Source: Verrucomicrobia subdivision 3 bacterium UBA693 | Lineage (GTDB): Bacteria; Verrucomicrobiota; Verrucomicrobiia; Limisphaerales; UBA8199 | Length of the DNA: 64,000 nt | Assembly (NCBI GenBank): GCA_002298785.1 | Contig: DBMR01000011.1 | Span: forward strand, 84,979-148,978 | Reading direction: 5' to 3' | Shown: piece by piece, positions 1 through 7,889 of the stretch | Numbering within the stretch: the first letter of the stretch is position 1 | Layout of the letters: the number at the start of each line of letters is the position of its first letter | Position numbers and translations under genes: made by a program | The notes under the pieces: generated by a model | Database searches by the model: none | What the model saw: only the letters and a program-made list of their open reading frames with translations | Told to the model about the DNA's origin: nothing

Positions 1-3000
1 CCACAGGTGCAATTTCAACTCACCGGGCTGCCCAATCCGGTCACTGGCGATCGCCTGGTCATCCGCCGGGATGACAGCTTCAACCTGAATGCGGCTGCAC
101 CTTCCGAATGGTTCGTGCGACTCCAGGCCAGCAATATCCCCCAGATCGTGCTTACCCAGGAATCCGCACGGGACCGATTCCATGGCCTCGAATTCAATAA
201 CATCGGCGACGCCAATGTCGCGGCTAATGCCGCCGGCGTGGGTCTTAGCCTGCCTCCGACGTCCGACGGTTTGGCCCCGACTGGCCCTCAGGGAGTGCGG
301 GCGACCTTTGGCGGCGCTACGGCGTTCGACGCCTCCTTCGAAGTCATCGATTCACGCCCGGCGCTCCCGGATGGCACCCTGCTCCAGGCAGCCTACGTGG
401 GCGCGGCAGGCACCAATGTCGGGGACATGGCGGTGTTACAGGCCCAGGCCGTCGGATCCAACTGGGTTTATACCACGCAATTGCCCGGATTCAGCAACAG
501 CACTTACACCATCGAGGCGCGACTCCAGGGGAAAACGGTGGCCCGGCTGGCCAACCAGAGCGGCGGCAGCCTCGGTTCCGCCGCACGCCTCGGGGCGGGC
601 GGGTATCCCAGGCCAATGTTCGATACTCACTACCTGACCGACGAACCTCCGATCTTTATCATCACTTGGAATCCGACTCCGATTATGATCACTCTGCCGG
701 GAAGCGGCGGCGTGACCATGGATGAACTGCGCGTCATTCCCAACGCTTCCACCGCCGGCGTGGCGATCCGCGCGCTCGAATTGCGCGCGCAAGGGATTAC
801 GAACCTCGTGGTCACCGACGCCGCGATCAAAGTCTTCACCAATCGCGTCCCTGCCACCGTGCTGCGCGGCGCTTCGCTGCGACCCGACCCGGGATTGCTC
901 ACGATCTCGGACCTCGGCACCAACGGCCTCGACGGCGTGCGCTTCGACGTCGGGATTGCGGGCGACACCACCTTGGCGCTCGATCCCATACCGGGCCCGT
1001 TGCCGGCGGGCGCGACTTTGCGCGCCGACGTGGTGGGCTCGTTTAATGGCGTCCCGAACCAGCCGCTAGGCAACGTCCAATACACCGTCATAGACCCGGC
1101 GTCGCCCTGGCCGCTCGCCATCACTGCCGATTTCACGGCCATCAACTCGCCGTCGCAACTCCTGATCGTCCGTAACAACGGCGCGGACGTCGGCGTCTTC
1201 CCGGGTCATACTGGTCCGGTCGGTAATGTCTCGTCGCTGCCGAGAGGCGTTGGCAAGACGTTTGGTCAGACCAAGTGCATTCGGGGTCGTTACGCCGCGA
1301 ACACCTCGTTTCAAATCAACGGCGTCACCCTGATCGGCGACGAATTGTTGATCCTCGCGGAAACCACCGGCGGACATGTGGATTATCATTCGAGTGTGAG
1401 TCTCCGGGCAGCGGGACTTACCGCCATCGGGATCCGTGGCGTGAGCATTACTCCGGCGCCGGTGACCTTCCTCGGCCAGGTGCATACTCCGCTCGGCAGC
1501 GCCGCGCTGGCGACCACCACCAACAAACCCGTCCGGTTGATCGTCAACAACCTGGGCTCGAGCGGTCAGGACGGGGTTGCCATATCGCTTGGCCATGCCG
1601 CCAGTGCCGGGGTCAGCCTGGATCCGTTGGGCCTGCCGCCCATTGGAGCGTTCCTCCAGTTCAGCGCCGACGGCTCGATCAACGGTCAAACCAACCAACC
1701 GCTGGGTTGGCTGCGCGTCACGCGCGTCAGCACCGCGCCGGGTGGTTACCAGGTCACTGCGGACCTCTCGCCCGATGGTTCTCCCACGCAACGCGTCGAA
1801 GTGTGGGGCGGTGGCGTTTTGCTGGCCGCGTTCCCGGGCCATAGCGGCGTGGTCGGCACGGTATCCTCCATGCCCATCGGCGGCGGCAAACTGCGGCTAA
1901 ACATCGGGCCGCCCATCAAAGGCTGTCTCTGGGATGATTTCCCGGTCGGGACCGACATGTTTGTCAACGGCGTCCACTTCGTTGGAGACCAGCTTCGGGT
2001 CCTGCAGGAAAGCGGGCCGGGAGCGGATTTCCTCTCGGCGCTCAATGTGACCGCGGGTGGTATCTCGTCGTTTACCATCAACAACGAGACCATCGAGCAT
2101 GCGCCGGTCAGGTTCTACGGCTTCCTCAACACCCCCACCGGAACGGGCGATGCGTTCATCGACGCCACCGGCGCGCTCACCGTCGGCAACATCGGTTCCA
2201 GCGGCCAGGACGGCGTGTCGATCAACCTGGGCCAGGCACTCAGTTGCGAGGTCGTGGTCAAAACCAACAAGCTGCGGCTCCGCGAATCGCCGACGCTGTC
2301 GCATCTGCGCTTCTCGGCCACCGGTTCGTCGGGCGGCAAACCCAATGCTTCCCTCGGCTATGTGGATATTGCGTGCGTCGCCACCAATCCGTCCTCCTAC
2401 CAGGTCACCGCTGACCTCACCCCAGAAGGCTCGCCCACCCAACGGATCGAAGTGTGGAGCCAGGGCAAGTTGCAGGCGGCCTTTCCCGGACACACCGGGC
2501 CGGTTGCAACAGTCGGTTCATGGCCCACGAGCTTTGGTAAACTCGGCGTGAGCCCTACGCGGCTCCCCTGCTATCGCGGTGGCTGGCCCTGGCCCACCGA
2601 CATCTTCGTCAACGGCATCCACTTTGTGGGCGACCAGATCCTGATCCTCCAGGAAACCGGGCCGACTTTGGATTTCTTGTCCAGCTTCAACGTGACGGGG
2701 GCCAATATTGACGGATTTGAAATCGTCTCCGAGTCGGCCACCCAGGCGCCGGTGGTATTTTCCGGATACACCAACACCGCACTGGGAACGGCCATGCTGG
2801 ATACAACCACCGGCCAATTAGTCGTGGGCAACCTCGGATCCAGCGGCCAGGACGGCGTGTCGATCGCTTTGTGGCACGGTGCGAGCGCGGGGGTGAGTTT
2901 CACCACCCCAGCCCAGGATCCACTCGGAGCTTTCGTCCAATTCAACGCGATCGGTTCCATCAATGGCCTGCCCAACCAGTCCCTGGGCTGGCTCCGCGTA

Positions 3001-4203
3001 ACGCACGTCGCCGCCACGGCTCACGGATACCAGGTCACCGCGGACCTTTCCCCGGATGGCTCGCCCACCCAACGGATCGAGATTTGGGGCCAGGGCGAAA
3101 TGCTGGCCGCATTCCCGGGGCATACGGGCACTGTCGCGTCCGTAACGTCCCTCCCGATCGGCGGCGGCAAACTGCGCCTCAATATTGGTCCTCCGATCAA
3201 AGGCTGTCTCTGGAGTGATTTCGCGATCGGAACCGATATCTTCGTCGATGGCATCCATTTTGTCGGCGATCAGATTCGGGTGCTCCAGGAATCCGGGCCG
3301 GGTGCGGATTATCTCTCGGCTTTGAACCTTACGGCGGGCGGTGTGCCGTCGTTCACTATCTCCAGTGAGACCGTGGTTCACGCCCCGGTAAACTTCTCGG
3401 GATTCCTCAACACCCCCACCGGCCAGGCGGATGTTTATGTGGACGCGACCGGCGCGCTGAGCGTTGGCAACATCGGCTCCAGCGGCCAGGACGGGGTCAA
3501 CATCGATTTCGGCCCGTCCTTGAGTTGCGACGTGGTGGTCAAAACCAACAAGTTGCGATTGCGCGAATCCCCTACCCTCTCGCACTTGCGCTTCAGCGCC
3601 TGGGGCAGCGTGAGTGGAAATACCAACCGCCCGCTCGGTTATGTTGACATCCGTTGCCTCCAAACGAACGACCCGTTGTATGAAGTCACCGCCGACTTGA
3701 ACCCCGACGGTTCGCCCACGCAACGAATCGAGGTGTGGAACCAGGGCACGCTGCTCGGCGCCTTCCCGGGCCACAGCGGTGTGGTCGCCACTGTTTCGGC
3801 GTGGCCAACCAGTTTCGGCAAACTCGGACCCAATGCCCTCCGGTTGCCTTGTTTCCGCGGAAATTGGCCCTGGCCAACCCGCATCAATATCAACGGCATC
3901 CAGTTCTTAGCCGATCAACTCCTGATCCTCCAGGAGTCCGGACCGGTCCTGGATTACCTCTCTCGCTTCGCGGTCACCGCGGGTGACGTCGACGGATTCG
4001 AGATCGCCTCGGAAAGTGCCGTCCCACTGCGGACGACCTTAACCACGTCCCTCTCCGGCTCCACGCTGACCATTCAATGGACGGGAGGCGGCGTTTTGCA
4101 GGAGTCGAACGATTTGACGACCTGGACCGATCTGCTGAGCGCCACCAGCCCATACCAGACCGGCACCGGCGCGCCCCGGAAATACTATCGAGTTCGGCAA
4201 TAA
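1..4203 (+). CDS. Large repeat-containing secreted/surface protein of unknown function, 5'-partial
   Basis: The 1398-aa ORF (track 7..4203) has no in-frame stop back to base 1, so it probably continues upstream of the window. It has reiterated ~215-aa units with recurring strings GSSGQDGV, YQVTADLSPDGSPTQR(I/V)E(V/I)W, AAFPGH(S/T)G and FV(N/D)G(I/V)HFVGDQ. The C-terminal tail is TLTIQWTGGGVLQESNDLTTWTDL...RKYYRVRQ. I cannot name a family. Confidence 0.75.
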   Translation, partial: PQVQFQLTGLPNPVTGDRLVIRRDDSFNLNAAAPSEWFVRLQASNIPQIVLTQESARDRFHGLEFNNIGDANVAANAAGVGLSLPPTSDGLAPTGPQGVRATFGGATAFDASFEVIDSRPALPDGTLLQAAYVGAAGTNVGDMAVLQAQAVGSNWVYTTQLPGFSNSTYTIEARLQGKTVARLANQSGGSLGSAARLGAGGYPRPMFDTHYLTDEPPIFIITWNPTPIMITLPGSGGVTMDELRVIPNASTAGVAIRALELRAQGITNLVVTDAAIKVFTNRVPATVLRGASLRPDPGLLTISDLGTNGLDGVRFDVGIAGDTTLALDPIPGPLPAGATLRADVVGSFNGVPNQPLGNVQYTVIDPASPWPLAITADFTAINSPSQLLIVRNNGADVGVFPGHTGPVGNVSSLPRGVGKTFGQTKCIRGRYAANTSFQINGVTLIGDELLILAETTGGHVDYHSSVSLRAAGLTAIGIRGVSITPAPVTFLGQVHTPLGSAALATTTNKPVRLIVNNLGSSGQDGVAISLGHAASAGVSLDPLGLPPIGAFLQFSADGSINGQTNQPLGWLRVTRVSTAPGGYQVTADLSPDGSPTQRVEVWGGGVLLAAFPGHSGVVGTVSSMPIGGGKLRLNIGPPIKGCLWDDFPVGTDMFVNGVHFVGDQLRVLQESGPGADFLSALNVTAGGISSFTINNETIEHAPVRFYGFLNTPTGTGDAFIDATGALTVGNIGSSGQDGVSINLGQALSCEVVVKTNKLRLRESPTLSHLRFSATGSSGGKPNASLGYVDIACVATNPSSYQVTADLTPEGSPTQRIEVWSQGKLQAAFPGHTGPVATVGSWPTSFGKLGVSPTRLPCYRGGWPWPTDIFVNGIHFVGDQILILQETGPTLDFLSSFNVTGANIDGFEIVSESATQAPVVFSGYTNTALGTAMLDTTTGQLVVGNLGSSGQDGVSIALWHGASAGVSFTTPAQDPLGAFVQFNAIGSINGLPNQSLGWLRVTHVAATAHGYQVTADLSPDGSPTQRIEIWGQGEMLAAFPGHTGTVASVTSLPIGGGKLRLNIGPPIKGCLWSDFAIGTDIFVDGIHFVGDQIRVLQESGPGADYLSALNLTAGGVPSFTISSETVVHAPVNFSGFLNTPTGQADVYVDATGALSVGNIGSSGQDGVNIDFGPSLSCDVVVKTNKLRLRESPTLSHLRFSAWGSVSGNTNRPLGYVDIRCLQTNDPLYEVTADLNPDGSPTQRIEVWNQGTLLGAFPGHSGVVATVSAWPTSFGKLGPNALRLPCFRGNWPWPTRININGIQFLADQLLILQESGPVLDYLSRFAVTAGDVDGFEIASESAVPLRTTLTTSLSGSTLTIQWTGGGVLQESNDLTTWTDLLSATSPYQTGTGAPRKYYRVRQ
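1456..4020 (+). repeat. Tandem in-frame duplication (A-B)x2, period ~1.29 kb, inside the giant CDS
   Basis: Units start at the conserved APV(T/R/V/N)F codons: A1 at 1456, B1 at 2101, A2 at 2746, B2 at 3382. The A1-A2 offset is 1290 nt and the B1-B2 offset is 1281 nt. A units carry PIGGGKLRLNIGPPIKGCLW. B units carry VVVKTNKLRLRESPTLSHLRFSA and WPTSFGKLG...LPC(Y/F)RG(G/N)WPWPT. A more degenerate unit lies upstream (about 1000-1455). Confidence 0.8.
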
Positions 4204-4207
4204 TCCC

Positions 4208-4246
4208 AAACCTGGGCGGGCTGGGAACCAGGTTTCTCGGCCCGCC
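4208..4246 (+). terminator. Candidate stem-loop downstream of the giant CDS
   Basis: AAACCTGG (4208-4215) pairs with CCAGGTTT (4228-4235). Alternatively GGCGGGC (4215-4221) pairs with GCCCGCC (4240-4246). It starts 5 nt after the stop codon. There is no clean U-tract. Confidence 0.35.
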
Positions 4247-4283
4247 GACACTCCTTTAGCCGCATGACCCCGCCGTTGGATTT

Positions 4284-6326
4284 ATGAGACTCATGCGCAT
4301 TTCGCTCGCCGTCTGGGTCGCTGCCGGACTCTTCCAGCAGGCCTCTGGCGCCCAAAGCATCGCGAGAGTATGGGACGAGGAAAACCTCGCCGCCATCCGC
4401 ATCGACACCCCAAATCCTCCGGTACAGGCGCGCAACCTGTTCAGTCTCTCGGTCACGATGTACGATGCCTGGGCGGTTTATGACCCAGTGGCGGTCGGCT
4501 ACTTGTTTCACGAGAAACACACCGCCGCGGATCCGGCGGCCGCCCGGCGCGAAGCCATTAGCTTCGCCGCCTACCGCTTGTTAAAAGAGCGCTACGCCTA
4601 TTCCCGGAGCGCCTCCAACACGCTCGCCCTCCTCGACCTGCACCTGGCTGCTTTGGGCTACGATACCAACAATTATTCCCTGGACACCACGACCCCCGCC
4701 GGAGTTGGCAACCGGGTCTATACCACTCTCTCCGCCTACTTTCTCAACGACGGCGCCCGCCAGGCCAACGCCTACGCTGATTGGCCCACCAACCAGGGCG
4801 GATACGTCTCAACCAACCTCGCGTTGATCACCGGGATTCCCGGTAACACCACCGTCCTGGATGTGAATCGCTGGCAGCCACTGGCCATTACCAATGCGGC
4901 CGATCAAAACGGTTTCCCCGCCAGTCTGATTCAGAAATTCCTGGGCGCGCAGTGGCTCGGGGTCCGGCCGTTTGCCTTGTCCCGCGCCACTGCCGACCGG
5001 CCCTGGATCGACCCGGGTCCACAGCCGCGACTCAATGGTTCGGGCGACGCCCGGTTCCGGGCCGAAGTGGTGGAGGTGATTCGACGCAGCAGCGAGCTCG
5101 ATCCGGACGACGGCGTGACGCTCGACATTTCGCCGGGCGCGTTCGGCAATAACTCCCTCGGCGCCAACAACGGCGCGGGGCACACGATCAATCCCGTGAC
5201 CGGCCAGCCGTATGCGCCCAATATCGTGAAGCGCGGCGATTTTGCCCGCGTCCTCGCCGAGTTTTGGGCGGATGGCCCAAGCTCGGAGACGCCTCCCGGT
5301 CACTGGAACGTTATTGCCAACAGCGTCGCGGATAATCCCAACACCGTGAAACGAATAGCCGGCGCCGGGCCGATCGTCGATGATTTGGAGTGGGACGTGA
5401 AAGTTTACTTCGCCTTGAACGCCGCCCTGCACGATGCCGCCTGCGCCGCGTGGTCGGTCAAACGCGTTTACGATGGCGGACGGCCCATCGAATGGATCCG
5501 CTTCATGGGGCAACGCGGTGAATCGACCGACACCAACAGCTATTCCTACAGCACCAACGGACTGCCCCTCGTCACCAACCTCATCGAACTGACCACGGTC
5601 GCCTCGACGTCCACCGGCGGGAGGCACCAGGGTTTGCCCCCGGGCCTGGTGGCCATTTATGCCTGGCCGGGCCAACCCACCAACACCGCGTCCCAACACA
5701 GTGGCGCCAAATGGATGTTGCCTTCGTATTGGTATCCCTACCAAAAAGCCACGTTTGTGACGCCGGCATTCCCGGGCTACATCTCGGGCCACAGCACGTT
5801 CAGTCGTTCCGCCGCTGAGGTGCTGACGGCGATTACCGGTTCGCCCTTTTTCCCCGGGGGCCTGGGCACCTTCACGGCCCCGGCCAATACCTTTCTTAGT
5901 TTCGAGCAAGGCCCAAGCCAGACTGTCCAGTTGCAGTGGGGCACCTATTATGACGCCGCCGATCAGGCCGGGTTGTCACGCCTTTGGGGTGGCATCCATG
6001 TTTCCACCGATGATCTGACCGGGCGCATTACCGGCTCCCAGGCGGGGCTCGGCGCCTGGACGCTGGCGCGGAAATACTTCGATGGCTCGATCGCGAGCAT
6101 GCCGGTAGCTCTAACGATCCGCCCCATGAACGCCAACCAATGCGAGTTGCGATTCAACACTGTCCGCGGCTTCTATTATGGTTTGGAATCGACGCCTGAC
6201 CTGAGCCAGCCATTTATCGCCGACCCCAGCGGGTTGGTTCAGGCCACCGATACGTTCATGGTGAAGACCGATACCGGAATCGGCCCGGGCCGGTTCTTCA
6301 GGATCGTCAGTGTTCCCGCCCCGTAA
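4284..6326 (+). CDS. Secreted PAP2-superfamily / vanadium-dependent haloperoxidase-like protein with FYR-type C-terminal tail
   Basis: 680 aa, ATG at 4284, signal peptide MRLMRISLAVWVAAGLFQQASGA. The three PAP2 motifs occur in order: KRVYDGGRP (K-x6-RP), ISGHS (PSGH-like) and SRLWGGIHVSTD (SR-x5-H-x3-D). The tail is ...FYYGLESTPDLSQPF...GRFFRIVSVPAP. Confidence 0.8.
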   Translation: MRLMRISLAVWVAAGLFQQASGAQSIARVWDEENLAAIRIDTPNPPVQARNLFSLSVTMYDAWAVYDPVAVGYLFHEKHTAADPAAARREAISFAAYRLLKERYAYSRSASNTLALLDLHLAALGYDTNNYSLDTTTPAGVGNRVYTTLSAYFLNDGARQANAYADWPTNQGGYVSTNLALITGIPGNTTVLDVNRWQPLAITNAADQNGFPASLIQKFLGAQWLGVRPFALSRATADRPWIDPGPQPRLNGSGDARFRAEVVEVIRRSSELDPDDGVTLDISPGAFGNNSLGANNGAGHTINPVTGQPYAPNIVKRGDFARVLAEFWADGPSSETPPGHWNVIANSVADNPNTVKRIAGAGPIVDDLEWDVKVYFALNAALHDAACAAWSVKRVYDGGRPIEWIRFMGQRGESTDTNSYSYSTNGLPLVTNLIELTTVASTSTGGRHQGLPPGLVAIYAWPGQPTNTASQHSGAKWMLPSYWYPYQKATFVTPAFPGYISGHSTFSRSAAEVLTAITGSPFFPGGLGTFTAPANTFLSFEQGPSQTVQLQWGTYYDAADQAGLSRLWGGIHVSTDDLTGRITGSQAGLGAWTLARKYFDGSIASMPVALTIRPMNANQCELRFNTVRGFYYGLESTPDLSQPFIADPSGLVQATDTFMVKTDTGIGPGRFFRIVSVPAP

Positions 6327-6427
6327 AGTCGAAACCACTCGACGCCGTGCCCCGACGCGTAGAGCACTGCCCACAAACCGCGCCGCATTGAAATAGAATT
6401 TCGCATGGTGGCACCTTTGCTCAACGT

Positions 6428-6832
6428 TCATTCACCGGCGCGGCTGGGCGCATCCTGTGAGGGACCGGGTTCGCCGGACCGCTCCTCAGGCAACTGGCCC
6501 AAATCGCGCAGGCGATCGTGATAACGAATCAGTAACTCGTGAAACCGAAAATCTCCGCGGAACCCCGCCAGAAACTTGCCCAGGCACAAACCACCCATAA
6601 CGCCGAAACTCGTCCAAACAACGGCCAGTGCCAACCCGTACACGAAACCACTTTTTAACTGCTCGGAATCCAGACCCTCTATCTTTCGAATACCAACCAC
6701 GGTGAAGTAGCCGCATAGACCGAGAAATACCGCGGCATAAAGGAGCATCCCGAGCCGCATCTTGCCCTGTGCACCCACAATCCGCCGTGATTTCTCAACG
6801 AGCTGCGCATCGGACTCTGTGATCGGTTGCAT
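6428..6832 (-). CDS. Hypothetical small membrane protein
   Basis: 134 aa with two hydrophobic helices (LGMLLYAAVFLGLCGYFTVVGI and YGLALAVVWTSFGVMGGLCLG). It lies 18 bp downstream of the DUF805 gene on the same strand. No recognisable family. Confidence 0.5.
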   Translation of the reverse strand: MQPITESDAQLVEKSRRIVGAQGKMRLGMLLYAAVFLGLCGYFTVVGIRKIEGLDSEQLKSGFVYGLALAVVWTSFGVMGGLCLGKFLAGFRGDFRFHELLIRYHDRLRDLGQLPEERSGEPGPSQDAPSRAGE

Positions 6833-6850
6833 GGCGTCTAAGGCGAACGA

Positions 6851-7270
6851 TCACCGATGGCGGCCCCCAATGACACCCGAATTACCAAGAGAGGCGGCGG
6901 GGCCGCCATTCGGTGGAGAGCCTTGTTCGGTGCCACCTCTCGGATCAGGTCCAAACCTGTTCGCTCCCGCTGTCCCTGAAAGGATGCCACACTCGATTAG
7001 GTTCCAAGCCCAGCCAAGAAAGGGAATGAGAGCGATGAGCAGCCACCAACCCGCCTTGTCCCTATCGTGCCATCGCTTGATGGTAATCGCGATCACAGGC
7101 CAGATCACAAGAAGATACCAGCAACCCAGCAGAAGGCCGCCCAACTCGGCACGCGCTTCGATAAACGCTAGCGACCAACTGATGACAAACCCCGGGAGAA
7201 ACATGTTCAGCCAGTAGGTGCGACGGCGGACACGACCCCAAGGGGAAAGATATAACTGAACGACATTCAT
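6851..7270 (-). CDS. DUF805 (YhaH/YhaI-like) inner-membrane protein
   Basis: 139 aa with the hallmark strings GRVRRRTYW, IKRWHDRDKAGWWLL and C-terminal G..GANRFGPDP. Confidence 0.8.
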   Translation of the reverse strand: MNVVQLYLSPWGRVRRRTYWLNMFLPGFVISWSLAFIEARAELGGLLLGCWYLLVIWPVIAITIKRWHDRDKAGWWLLIALIPFLGWAWNLIECGILSGTAGANRFGPDPRGGTEQGSPPNGGPAASLGNSGVIGGRHR

Positions 7271-7889
7271 GGCGTTTTCACCGAACAGCCTCGTTGGGAC
7301 AAAGAGATAATGCCGAAGCTACAATATTGCCTTCCCTTTGTTCTCACGCAGGAAGTTTGTGCCGATGCTGTTTTGCCGTCAATTAAGATTTGGTTGGGTA
7401 ATTCTAATTGGCACCGCTCACGCGAGCTTCCAAGCTAGCTTTTGTAGTTACGAACAGGAGGCCGACGCACGCACGGATTCGCCTCCACGCCGCGTGGGTT
7501 AACCGCAACCGTCCTCCGCACGATGTAAACGGACGCGTACGTCCGCGCTCCGGTTCTTCATTAGCGTCCAATTAGCGAAGATCAGCGGTTAAGCGAACTG
7601 GCGCAATGTAGTTTCGGACGCGCTAGAACACGTCCTACCTCCCGCTTTCTTTCCGAGTATTCAGTGGTCCACCCTCCCCGCCCTGCCGTGGGGATCAACC
7701 ATGCCTTTTCCGATCAACCCTCAGGCACACTCACCTCGTCCCCACCTTTTCCTCCTCCGACATAATTTCGGGTTCGGTGGAACACTTCCCCGCACCCGCT
7801 CCCAGAGAGCAACCCTCGACCACGGCCCGAATTGATGGCTTGGCGTAAGCCTGTGGTCTGGCCATAGTGCTAAGCGGCGAAAGCACCAC

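Noticed and set aside
1456-4020. Tandem repeats in the first CDS as a possible CRISPR array, satellite or mobile-element repeat.
   Set aside because: The repeat period is about 640/1290 nt and in frame, with protein-level conservation exceeding DNA-level conservation. There is no short repeat-spacer structure and no cas or transposase genes.
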